Positions 9,643 to 18,640 of a stretch of 64,000 nt of DNA are shown here, in pieces. The position numbers and the translations under genes were made by a program. Location: positions 448,001-512,000 of the forward strand of contig CAWKBC010000027.1 of assembly GCA_963847705.1 (NCBI GenBank). Reading direction: 5' to 3'. The notes below the pieces were generated by a model, which was not told the origin of the DNA, did not search any database, and saw only the letters and a program-made list of their open reading frames with translations. This stretch comes from an uncultured Pseudomonadota bacterium. Its GTDB lineage: Bacteria; Myxococcota_A; Polyangia; Fen-1088. How positions within the stretch are numbered: the stretch's first letter is position 1; every line of letters begins with the position of its first letter.

Positions 9643-9798
9643 CTCTGCGTTCCGTCGTCGCTGTCCGAGCACGGACCCGCCCTGGGTGCGCAGGCAGGCG
9701 AGGCACGCCTCCGCAGCGTGGTGAGCGAAGGGGGCTTCACCCGTTTCCGCCGGGCGACCGAGACGCCGTTCAACCTGGTGCTGGAAGCTCGGCCGTGA
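9643..9798 (+). pseudogene. 3' remnant of a class I SAM-dependent methyltransferase gene (Rv2258c-like)
   Basis: Reads LCVPSSLSEHGPALGAQAGEARLRSVVSEGGFTRFRRATETPFNLVLEARP*, the recognisable C-terminus of this family; the 5' part is absent. Confidence 0.7.
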
Positions 9799-9955
9799 CG
9801 CCCGGCACGCGCGCCGGCGCTTCCCCGCCTCGGCTCGGCGTTGAATTGTGATGGTTCGCGGTCCTCGTGACGGTGGGCGTCAGACGCCGGGGGGCGGTCT
9901 TAAGGATGTCGGTCAATTCCGCCGATGGTGCTGCTCGAGGGAACTGGAGACGCTT

Positions 9956-10150
9956 GTGGTGAGGGACCGGGCGACGAATGACGAGTGGCGCGTCTACTAC
10001 GAGCGCGCCGCCGAGCTCCGTGCAGCGGTGGGGGATCCCTTCAAGCGGCACATCAAGCGCCAGGCCCTTCGCGAGCGAATCTTCATGATCGGCGCCGTGC
10101 TGTTCGTCCTGGGAACGATCGGCGCCTTCTGCCTGTTCGCCATGTGGTGA
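9956..10150 (+). CDS. Small hypothetical protein with C-terminal TM helix
   Basis: GGAG 6 nt before GTG 9956; charged N-terminus, then IFMIGAVLFVLGTIGAFCLFAMW. Confidence 0.55.
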   Translation: MVRDRATNDEWRVYYERAAELRAAVGDPFKRHIKRQALRERIFMIGAVLFVLGTIGAFCLFAMW

Positions 10151-10189
10151 CCGGCCCCCAGGCCGCCCGACAGGCGGTCTAGGAGACTC

Positions 10190-10639
10190 CTAGGAGCGGG
10201 CGCGGGTGGCGGCGGTCCGGAGCCAGCCGCGCAGGGCGGCACGGGGAAGGGTGTCGGCCGGGCGGAGCTTGAGGTGCTTGCCGGTCTTGCCGTCGCCTTC
10301 CAGGAGGCCGTGGGGATCGGCGTAGGTGCCGGGCGGCCCGGGGAGGATCAGGTTGACGTGCGCCTTGAAGGCGGCCAGCGCGCAGATCATGTTGGCACCG
10401 ACCGAGTAGATAGGCATTCCCCACTTCGTGGCCGCCGTCGCCTCCGGGGCGGCCTCGGCGATCAGCGCGCGGAGCTGGTCGAGGATGGAAAGCAGCTGCG
10501 GCGGTTGCTTGGCGAAGAAGCCTTCGACCGGCGCGCCGAGATCCTTGCGCGGGCCGAACTTCGCCTGCGGGGCTTTCGTCGCGACCGGCTTCTTTGCGGG
10601 GCGCCCGGCTTTCGGCTTGGCCTTCACGACCTTTGGCAC
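10190..10639 (-). CDS. DUF1801 (YdhG-like) protein
   Basis: LRALI.EAAPEA....KWGMP.Y, ADPHGLLEGDGK..KHLK; Lys/Pro/Ala-rich N-terminal tail. Confidence 0.8.
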   Translation of the reverse strand: MPKVVKAKPKAGRPAKKPVATKAPQAKFGPRKDLGAPVEGFFAKQPPQLLSILDQLRALIAEAAPEATAATKWGMPIYSVGANMICALAAFKAHVNLILPGPPGTYADPHGLLEGDGKTGKHLKLRPADTLPRAALRGWLRTAATRARS

Positions 10640-10653
10640 CGGCCGATGATGCC

Positions 10654-10698
10654 AAAAAAACTCCCTCGCGCCGACCGGAAAACCCGGTCGGCGCGAGG
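10654..10698 (-). terminator. Intrinsic terminator of the 10710-13517 gene
   Basis: Perfect 15-bp stem (10664-10678 / 10684-10698), 5-nt loop, followed by GAG-T7 on the minus strand. Confidence 0.75.
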
Positions 10699-10709
10699 CG
10701 ACGCTCTCG

Positions 10710-13517
10710 CTACGGCGCGGCGGCCAGGGCGTCGGCGCTGTTGAGCAGCGTCTGCGCCTGGCTCACCCAGCCGGCCGCGGTCACGCTGTCGATCGACTGG
10801 CCGGCGAACTCCGCCAGGTCGAGCGCCTCGCGGATCTGCATGGCCAGTGCGTCGCGCGTGGTGGTGAGGTTGGCGATCGACGTCTCCTTCGAGGTGTAGA
10901 TCGTGTCCCCCGGGTCGGCGCCCTGCAGGGCCTTCGTCGAGGTGAGCAGCATGTCCTGCGCGAACTCGCCGAACGGGGCGTTGATCGCCTTGTAGGCCGC
11001 GCCGAGACCCTCGATCGTGCTCTGATCGGCCGTCAGCGCTGCCGGCACCGCGCCGGGCACCAGGGCCTGCGTGATGACGCGGCCATCGTCCTCATACGTG
11101 TCGGGCAGCCCGGTCAGCGCGTTGATGGTCGGGCGCACGTCGGTGTGGTCGGTGAAGACCGTCTGGTCCGGCAGGTTGGCGACGCCCGGGCCGACCAGGC
11201 CGATCCAGGTCTGTCCGATCTCCTTCTGCACGTCGCCGTGGTTCCAGGCGAAGCCGGGGTTGACGCAGGTGGCGCAGGTCGAGGTCGGGAAGTCGGTGAT
11301 GAAGTAGTCGGCATCCCCGAAGAACACGAACGTCCCGTTGCGGCCCGGATCGCCGGTGGTGAACATGTGCAGCGACTTCATGCCGGTCTGGTCCGCGTAG
11401 AGGTCGAGCACCTTGTCGGTGTTCCCGGTGAATGGGTTGACCGCGGTCAGCCCGGCGATGGTGCGCTCGAAGGTGCGGGTGTCGGGATCGGTCTGGCCGA
11501 GCGGCCCGGCCCCCTTGCGCGCCAGGTAGAACGGCGGCGCGTCGTCGCCGTGCACCGTGAAGGTGTCGGGGCCGGTGGAGGCCAGGAAGGTGTTGTAGAG
11601 CGAGGGGAACTGGTTCTGCACCGCCGTGTCGATGTTGAGATCGATCTCGCCGATCTGCCCGGTCCAGTTGCAGGTGTTGCCGGGCGTGCCGTCGCAGGTG
11701 GGCGGGGTGGGCGTGCCGCCCACGAAGTGATCGCCCTCGTCGACGGTGATGATGAACAGCGTGTTGGTCTTGTCGATCCCGTGCGCCGCCAGCTCGGTGA
11801 AGAAGTTGGCGAAGGCCTGGTCGTAGGCGGCCAGCTGCGCCACGTACTCCGGCTGGCCGGGGCCCATGGCCTGGGCGGTGCTGTGGTTGTCATGCGCGTC
11901 GGAGAGGTAGGCGTAGGTCACCGGGATGCCGGCCTCCTGCATCGAGGCGACGTAGCGCAGCGACACCTCGGCCTCCATGCCGTCGAAGCCCGGGAAGCCC
12001 GGCTGGCCGAACGGATCGACGATCGGGTTGCCGAGCATGCTGACGAGCGGAACGCTGGCGGGCTGGCCGGTCAGCAGCGGGTCGACCGTCTGCGCGCCGA
12101 AGAGGCCGGAAAAGCCGGTGTAGCCGCCGGGCTCGCCGGGCAGCTTGTCGGCCACGCCGTTGGCGCAGCGAGGGGAGCCCTGGGCGCAGTGGACGGCGAT
12201 GCCGACAAAGTCGGTCTGGGCCTTCAAGGCGGCCGCCGTGCCCGAGGCCGCTTTGCCCGACGCCACCGCCTCGGCGAACTGGGGCGAGTTGGTCCCGAAC
12301 ACCGTGGCGACGTCGCTGAAGGTCGAGGACGACGCGGTCTCGAGCTCGATGTTGGCGGTGCCCACACCGCCGACGTCGCAGCCGGCGCGGGTGTAGGCGA
12401 CCCAGGGTGCCGGCATGTTCTGGCCGGTGGGGGTGACCATGTTGAAGACGCCTGCCGCGGCCGTGTCGGTCCAGTACTCGAACGAGCTGGGGAACGAGAA
12501 GGCGCCGGTGGCGCTGGTGCGCACGTAGCTGTTGGTCACCGTCTGGCCGTGGCGGTCGGGGTAGACGCCGGTCAGCGACGACAGGATGCCGCCCGCGGTG
12601 TGCGAGATGAGGATGGTGTGGTCGTTGGCCATCATCGTGCCGTTGCCGCGGATGAAGTTCAGCAGGTGCGGCATCTGCTCCAGATCCGAGGCGACGTTCG
12701 ACTTGTCGCGCATGAGGTGCGTGTTGTCGAACTGCAGATAGATGACGTGCTTGATCGCGCCCGAGCCGTTGCCGAGCTGGCAAGCGCTGGCCGCGGTGCG
12801 GGCCGTGCAGGTCACGGTGACGCTGCTGGCGGCCGGGCAACCGGCGGCGGCGTCGCCGTCGGAGACCGTGAGGGTGAGCGTCGCCGTTCCCGGGGAGGTG
12901 CAGACGAAGCGCGTGTCGAGCGCAGCGGCGTTGGTGAAGACACCGGACGTCGACGTCCACTGCGCGCCGAGCGGCGAGGGCCCGTTGTCCGCGTCGTGCG
13001 CGGTCGCGTTCAGGCTGACCGATCCGCCGACCAGAACCTCCGCGGGGGTGGCGTCGAGGCCGTCGATCTGCGGGCAGACATTCAAGCTGCCGTTGACCGC
13101 CACGCTGCCGGTGTGCGGCGCCTGATGGCAGGTGATCGGGACATTCACCGTGGTGGTCTGTCCGGCCGTGACCGCGAAGGGGGCCGCGCCGGCGCAGCTC
13201 TCGGAGCCGTCGGTCGAGACCGCGGTCAGCGCGATGTTGTAGCCACCGCCGACCGCGAACGGCCCGAGGACCGCCGAGACGGTGTTGCTGTGGCTGACGT
13301 CGATCGTGCCGTTCTGGGTGAAGGAGGCCGGGCCGGTGATCGTGTAGCTCACGGTGGCGATCGAGGCGCCGCCGGCCTGAAGTGCGATCTCGACCGAGCC
13401 TGTCGCCTGTTTGCCGGCCGAGGAGCCGCCGCCGCTGCCCATGCATCCACCCGCGAGCAGGCCGCCCGCGAGCATCGTGACAGTCAGGAAAACAAACGGT
13501 GTCGATCGGTTTTGCAC
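10710..13517 (-). CDS. Large lipoprotein: Ig-like N-terminal domains + alkaline phosphatase/NPP-superfamily domain
   Basis: Lipobox-like LLAGGC; IYLQFDNTH, SHT...SLTGVYPDRHG (Thr nucleophile region), YLSDAHDNH, TVDEGDH, WNHG; start taken at GTG 13517. Confidence 0.75.
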   Translation of the reverse strand: MQNRSTPFVFLTVTMLAGGLLAGGCMGSGGGSSAGKQATGSVEIALQAGGASIATVSYTITGPASFTQNGTIDVSHSNTVSAVLGPFAVGGGYNIALTAVSTDGSESCAGAAPFAVTAGQTTTVNVPITCHQAPHTGSVAVNGSLNVCPQIDGLDATPAEVLVGGSVSLNATAHDADNGPSPLGAQWTSTSGVFTNAAALDTRFVCTSPGTATLTLTVSDGDAAAGCPAASSVTVTCTARTAASACQLGNGSGAIKHVIYLQFDNTHLMRDKSNVASDLEQMPHLLNFIRGNGTMMANDHTILISHTAGGILSSLTGVYPDRHGQTVTNSYVRTSATGAFSFPSSFEYWTDTAAAGVFNMVTPTGQNMPAPWVAYTRAGCDVGGVGTANIELETASSSTFSDVATVFGTNSPQFAEAVASGKAASGTAAALKAQTDFVGIAVHCAQGSPRCANGVADKLPGEPGGYTGFSGLFGAQTVDPLLTGQPASVPLVSMLGNPIVDPFGQPGFPGFDGMEAEVSLRYVASMQEAGIPVTYAYLSDAHDNHSTAQAMGPGQPEYVAQLAAYDQAFANFFTELAAHGIDKTNTLFIITVDEGDHFVGGTPTPPTCDGTPGNTCNWTGQIGEIDLNIDTAVQNQFPSLYNTFLASTGPDTFTVHGDDAPPFYLARKGAGPLGQTDPDTRTFERTIAGLTAVNPFTGNTDKVLDLYADQTGMKSLHMFTTGDPGRNGTFVFFGDADYFITDFPTSTCATCVNPGFAWNHGDVQKEIGQTWIGLVGPGVANLPDQTVFTDHTDVRPTINALTGLPDTYEDDGRVITQALVPGAVPAALTADQSTIEGLGAAYKAINAPFGEFAQDMLLTSTKALQGADPGDTIYTSKETSIANLTTTRDALAMQIREALDLAEFAGQSIDSVTAAGWVSQAQTLLNSADALAAAP

Positions 13518-13570
13518 GTGGTGTCTTCTTTCTTGCAGGAGTACTGGAGAGAGAAACCGCTGTTGGCGTT

Positions 13571-13587
13571 TGCAAGGAAAGCTCCAG
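13571..13587 (-). promoter_or_regulatory. Candidate sigma-54 promoter for the phosphatase-like gene
   Basis: CTGGAGCTTTCCTTGCA: GG-N10-GC spacing with a perfect TTGCA; the -24 half deviates from TGGCAC. Confidence 0.35.
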
Positions 13588-13701
13588 TTGGTCCGCATGT
13601 GGCAAGCCCGCAAGACTCCGACCGTTCGCTCGATGGCGCCGCAGATCGGGGTGGGCCGGCCATCCTGTTTTCGAATTTCGGCTCCGAATTTCGGAACGAG
13701 G

Positions 13702-14907
13702 GTGGCAGCGGCGATCGTTGCCAGAGTCTTTGCCAGAGCTTTGGCCGGAGCCTTGGCCGGAGCCTCCGCGCACGCCGCCGCTTCCACGCAGGTCAGCTCG
13801 CCTTCCGCGCCGTCGCCGGCCGAGCTGGTGGCGCTGGGCCGGCAGATCTTCGCCGATCCGAAGCTCTCCGATCCGCCGGGGACGAGCTGCGCGAGCTGCC
13901 ACGATCCGGCCACCGCCTATTCGAGCCAGAACGGTTCGACGAACGGGCTGCCGCGTGGAAGCCGGCGCGGGCACTTCGCGCGCCGCACGGCCCCGTCGCT
14001 CCTCTACCTCCGTTACATCCCGAGCTTTCGCCATCACCAGGAAGGGGACGAGCCCCAGCTGCAGCCGTTTGGCGGCCTGTTCTGGGACGGGCGGGTCGAC
14101 ACCGTTCGCGAGCTCGGGCGCCAGCCGCTGCTCAACCCGGACGAGATGAACAATCGTGACGGCCGGCGGGTGGCCGTGGCGATCGCCAAGGGGAGCTACG
14201 GGGCGCTGTTCGCCCGCGTCTTCCCGGCGGCGCTCGACGATCCGGAGGCGACGCTGGCGGCGGTCGGCAAGGCGCTGGAGGCGTTCTTGGTCGCCGACGA
14301 CATGGCCCCGTTTTCATCCAAGTACGACGACTTCATCCGGGGACGCGCCACGCTCACCGCTCGGGAGGCGGCAGGGATGCGCCTCTTCAAGGACCCGGCG
14401 AAGGGGGGCTGCCTCGGCTGCCACGTCTTCAACGAATCGGTGCCCGATCCCGTCGCCTCGATGTTCACCGACTACGGCTACGACGCGGTGGCCATTCCCC
14501 GCAACTCTCGGGCGCCAGGCCCCCGCAAACCCGACCTGGGGCTCTGCGAACGCACCGACAGATCCACGCCATCGGACGACGCCGGCTCCTGTCTCTCCTT
14601 TCGAACCCCGTCGCTCCGGAACGTCGCGGTGCGGAGCTCGTTCATGCACAACGGCGCGTTCCGGAGCCTCCGCGATGTCGTCGCCTTCTATGCGACGCGC
14701 GCCTCCGATCCCAGGCGCTGGTACCGTTCGGGCGTTCCGTTCGCGAGCGTTCCGGCCAAGTACCGCGGCCGCGTCAACGTCACGTCTCCGCCGTACAATC
14801 GGAAGGCAGGGGATCCGCCGGCCCTCGACGACCGCGAGATCGACGCGGTCGTCGCGTTTCTCCGGACCTTGACGGACGCGCCCTACCGGGCGGCCCCTGG
14901 CCTGTAG
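13702..14907 (+). CDS. Di-heme cytochrome c peroxidase / MauG-superfamily protein
   Basis: LGRQIFADPKLS, CASCH, FWDGR, P.LNPDEM, CLGCH, FRTPSLRNVA...FMHNG, AFLRTLTD; start approximate. Confidence 0.85.
   Translation: MAAAIVARVFARALAGALAGASAHAAASTQVSSPSAPSPAELVALGRQIFADPKLSDPPGTSCASCHDPATAYSSQNGSTNGLPRGSRRGHFARRTAPSLLYLRYIPSFRHHQEGDEPQLQPFGGLFWDGRVDTVRELGRQPLLNPDEMNNRDGRRVAVAIAKGSYGALFARVFPAALDDPEATLAAVGKALEAFLVADDMAPFSSKYDDFIRGRATLTAREAAGMRLFKDPAKGGCLGCHVFNESVPDPVASMFTDYGYDAVAIPRNSRAPGPRKPDLGLCERTDRSTPSDDAGSCLSFRTPSLRNVAVRSSFMHNGAFRSLRDVVAFYATRASDPRRWYRSGVPFASVPAKYRGRVNVTSPPYNRKAGDPPALDDREIDAVVAFLRTLTDAPYRAAPGL
13719..13766 (+). repeat. Four drifting 12-bp tandem units within the peroxidase leader peptide
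   Basis: TGCCAGAGTCTT / TGCCAGAGCTTT / GGCCGGAGCCTT / GGCCGGAGCCTC. Confidence 0.7.
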
Positions 14908-15011
14908 GTCCCTCGGCGACCTGACCCGACATGATTCGCGCGCCCCGCGGATGAGTTTGTTTTCAATCCTGTCGCAAAGCAGGTCGGTGAGGGCGCGTAC
15001 GATGAACCGTC

Positions 15012-16876
15012 TTGGGTCTCCTTGAACGTCCCATCTTGGCCGCGGAGCTGGCCGCCCCGGAGGAGAGTGCCGGGTACGCCGGCGCGATCGCCGAGATCGT
15101 GGAGCGTCAGCTCGTCACGTCGCACTTCCAACCGATCCTGGATCTGCACCACGGCACTGTGATGGCCTGGGAGGTCCTCTCGCGGGGCCCGGAGCCGTTC
15201 TCGGCGCCGACCGAGCTGTTCGCCGCGGCGGAGCAAAAGGGGCTCGGGCCCCAGCTCGAGTACGCCTGTCGCCACGTGGCGCTCCGGACCATCGCGGGAT
15301 TCCCGCCGCCGCTCCGGTCGCGCTCGTTCTTCATCAACGTCAGCCCGAACGCCATCGGCGATCCGCGCCTGTTGAATGGACACATGCAGGCGGAGCTGAC
15401 GGAGCTCGGCCTCGACCAGCGGAACTTCGTCATCGAGATCACCGAGCGCGAGTCGATCGGCGACTACGGGGCGTTCGAGCGCCAGATTCGCCACTACGTC
15501 GAGCACGGGTTCCGGATCGCGCTCGACGACCTGGGGGCCGGCCATTCGGGCCTCGTCACGCTGGTCACCTGCTCGCCGCACTTCATGAAGCTGGACATGA
15601 CGCTGTCCCGCGACATTCACCGACATTCTTACAAACAGCACCTGGTGAAGTCGCTCATCGCCTTCGCGGCCAGCGTCGACGCGGCGCTGATCGCGGAGGG
15701 GGTCGAGACCTGGGAGGAGCTGGAGACGCTGGCGCGCCTCGGCGTCCGCTGGGCGCAGGGCTACCTGTTGGCCCGGCCGTCGAAGCTGCCTGGGGAGCCG
15801 CCCGCAGAGACGCTGGCGGAGCTGCGCCGGATCATGCGGCAGTTCAACTACCGCGAGTCTGACCTGAACGAGACGGTCGGCCCGCTGGTGATCCGCTGCG
15901 CGACGATCCACGAGCGGATGAAGCGCGGCGAGGACGTCGACTGGATCTTCCGCCGGGAGCCCTCCGTCGACCACCTGACGATCGTGCGCGGCGAACAGCC
16001 GGTGGGCCTGCTGACCCGGCAGCAGTACTACACGAAGACGGGTGGCCCGGTCGGCTACCACCTGTTCCAGTGGCGCCCGGCGGAGGAGCTGGCGCGCCCG
16101 GCGCCGCTCATCGTCGAGGACTCGATCAACGTCACGGCGCTGGCCAAGCTGGCCATGGAGCGGCCGCCGGACGAGCTGTACGACCCGGTGATCGTCACCG
16201 ACGCCGGCGGGCGCCTGATCGGCACCGTGACCATCCGCCAGCTCATCATGCGGTCGACCGCGCTGGAGGTGCAGTCGGCGCAGGGATCGAGCCCGCTGAC
16301 CGGATTGCCGGGCAACCGGAGCATCGAGCGCTGGATCCTGAACGCGCTCGACCAGCCGCGGGGATGCGTGCTCTACGCCGATCTCGATCGCTTCAAGGAA
16401 TACAACGACTGCTACGGCTTCCTGCGGGGGGACGAGATGATCCGCTGCGTGGCGCGTGTTCTGTCGCGGGCGCTCTCCGGCCTCGGCGGAGAGGCGCGTC
16501 TCGGACACATCGGCGGTGACGACTTCGTGATCGTCGTGCCCGAGGCGTCGATCCGGTGGCGGTACGCGCCATCTGCACGCAGTTCGACGCCGCCAAGGTG
16601 GAGCTGTTCGAGTCGGAGGACGTCAGACAGGGGAGCTTCCGCGCGGTCGACCGTCGCGGCCAGGAGGTCTCGGTCCCGCTCGTCACGCTGAGCGTGGCCG
16701 TGGTTCCGGTGGAGGCGGTGCAGAGCGCCGAGCACCCGGGGGCGCTGGTCCAGATGGCCGCCTCGCTCAAACGGAAGGTCAAGGAGATGACCACCTCCAG
16801 CCGAGCGAGCGGCTTCCTGTTCGAGCGCCGGGGCGTGCGTCCAGCTGGGGAGCGGTCGGATCGCTCTCGTCTCTAG
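15012..16876 (+). CDS. EAL-CBS-GGDEF c-di-GMP enzyme (frameshift near 16545)
   Basis: FQPI, EVL, EITE, ALDDLGAGHS, KLD, AEGVET, QGYL; CBS-like middle; PLTGLPGN, DLDRFK..ND.YG..GD, GGDDF. The GGDEF C-terminus (VTLSVAVV) continues in another frame to 16876; one extra G at GAGGCGTC restores the frame. Confidence 0.85.
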
Positions 16877-17103
16877 CGCTCGGCCTCCTTGCTGCCGACC
16901 ACGGTCAGGTTCAGCCCGATCTGGACGGAGAGCGGTTTGCCGTCGACGGTGATGGTGGTCTTGCCGTTGTGGTACCAGCCGAACGAGCCGGTGGAGAACT
17001 CGCGTTTGTCGGCGATGATCTCGACGTTGCCGATGGTGATCTTGACGGCTTCGGCCTTTTCGAGGAACTGCGTCTTGGAGATGGGGCAGGGTGATTTCGC
17101 CAT
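16873..17103 (-). CDS. Small conserved-looking hypothetical beta-rich protein (76 aa)
   Basis: Strong codon bias; REFSTGSFGWY and VQIGLNLTVVGSK motifs; extended -10 box 6 nt before the ATG. Confidence 0.8.
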   Translation of the reverse strand: MAKSPCPISKTQFLEKAEAVKITIGNVEIIADKREFSTGSFGWYHNGKTTITVDGKPLSVQIGLNLTVVGSKEAER

Positions 17104-17109
17104 GAGCGG

Positions 17110-17136
17110 ACGGTATCACGCCGCCCGCGGTACCAT
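17110..17136. promoter_or_regulatory. Back-to-back -10 boxes for probable leaderless transcripts
   Basis: Minus TGa-TACCGT (17115-17110) and plus TACCAT (17131-17136), each exactly 6 nt before a start codon, in a 39-bp intergenic gap. Confidence 0.55.
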
Positions 17137-17142
17137 CTGGCC

Positions 17143-18630
17143 GTGAGCGCCGAATCTCCCAACGTCCCAGATCAGGCGACCGACGACGTCGCGCTGCTGG
17201 GGCGCATGGGCTACGCGCAGGAGCTGCGCAGGCGGATGGGCGCGTTCTCGAACTTCGCCATCGCCTTCTCGACGATCTGCATCCTGGCGGGCGGCATCAC
17301 CTCGCTGCAGCTCGGGGTGAGCGCGGTTGGCGGCGCCGCGGCCGGCGTCGTGTGGCCGCTGGGCGTCGCGTTCTCGCTGGTCGTGGCGCTGGCGATGGCG
17401 CAGGTCGCCTCGGCGTTCCCCACCGCCGGCGGCCTCTACCACTGGAGCGCGATCCTGGGCGGCAAGGGATGGGGGTGGGCCACCGCCTGGTTCAACCTGG
17501 CGGGGCTGGTGTTCGTGACGGCGGCGGTGAACGTCGGCGCCTACGGCCTGTTCGTCGGCTTCATCGGGCCGATGCTGGGGCTCGATCCGACCAAGCTGGG
17601 GGTGGGGCATCAGATCGCCGGCGTGGCGCTCATCTCGGCGTCGCATGGGCTGCTCAACCACTTCGGCATCCGGCTGACCACGCTGCTGACCGATTTCAGC
17701 GGCTACCTGATCCTCGCCGTGGCGGCTCTGCTGACGCTGGCGATGTTTTCGCACACCCCTCACCCCGACTTCGGCCGCCTCCTCCGGTTCGAGAACCTGA
17801 GCGGCGCCGCGGGCGGCGACGTCTGGCCGGCGCACCCGGGCCTGCTGGCGATGACGCTGCTCGGGGTCATGTGGCCCGTCTACACGATCACCGGCTTCGA
17901 CGCCTCGGCCCACACCTCGGAGGAGACGGTCAACGCGGCGGTGAACGTCCCCCGGGGGATGCTCCGCTCGGTGGCGGTCTCCGGGATCTTCGGGTGGGTG
18001 ATGGTGGCGGCGTTCGTCCTGGCGCTCCCCAGCGTCGCCGACGGCGCCAGGCAGGGGGCGAACGTCTTCCCCTGGCTGATGACGTCGGTGCTGCCGGGCG
18101 CGGCGGGGAACGCGCTGTGGGTGGGGATCGTGACGGCGAACTACCTCTGCGGCCTGGCCTGCGTGACCTCGACCTCGCGGATGATGTACGCCTTCGCGCG
18201 CGACGGCGGGCTGCCCGGCTCGCGCGCGCTCAAGCGCGTCTCACCCAGGTGGAAGACGCCCGTCGCCGCCATCTGGACCACGGTGGCGCTGGCGTTCGCC
18301 TCGACGTTGTACACGCCGGCCTACACGACCCTCACCACGGCCTGCGTGATCTTTCTGTATCTGTCGTACGTGATGCCGGCGGCCGCCGGGCTTCGCGCGT
18401 ATGGCCGGAGCTGGAAGCGGATGGGCCCCTTCGATCTCGGCGGCCGGCTCTATCGCCTGGTGGCCGCTGTCTCGCTGGCGGGCGTCGTGCTGCTGGTCTG
18501 GATCGGCGTGCAACCGCCCAACGAGAAGGCGCTCACCGCGACGCTGGCGGCGGTGGCCCTGCTCGCCGCCGCCTGGTGGCTGGGCGTCCGAGGGCGGTTC
18601 GAGGGACCGCCCTCGATGCCGGTCGACTGA
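17143..18630 (+). CDS. APC-family amino acid/polyamine permease
   Basis: GYAQELRR...FSNFAIAFS, SAFPTAGGLYHW, TGFDASAHTSEET, SRMMYAFARDGGLP; about 12 TM. Confidence 0.92.
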   Translation: MSAESPNVPDQATDDVALLGRMGYAQELRRRMGAFSNFAIAFSTICILAGGITSLQLGVSAVGGAAAGVVWPLGVAFSLVVALAMAQVASAFPTAGGLYHWSAILGGKGWGWATAWFNLAGLVFVTAAVNVGAYGLFVGFIGPMLGLDPTKLGVGHQIAGVALISASHGLLNHFGIRLTTLLTDFSGYLILAVAALLTLAMFSHTPHPDFGRLLRFENLSGAAGGDVWPAHPGLLAMTLLGVMWPVYTITGFDASAHTSEETVNAAVNVPRGMLRSVAVSGIFGWVMVAAFVLALPSVADGARQGANVFPWLMTSVLPGAAGNALWVGIVTANYLCGLACVTSTSRMMYAFARDGGLPGSRALKRVSPRWKTPVAAIWTTVALAFASTLYTPAYTTLTTACVIFLYLSYVMPAAAGLRAYGRSWKRMGPFDLGGRLYRLVAAVSLAGVVLLVWIGVQPPNEKALTATLAAVALLAAAWWLGVRGRFEGPPSMPVD

Positions 18631-18640
18631 CCGCGCGCGG

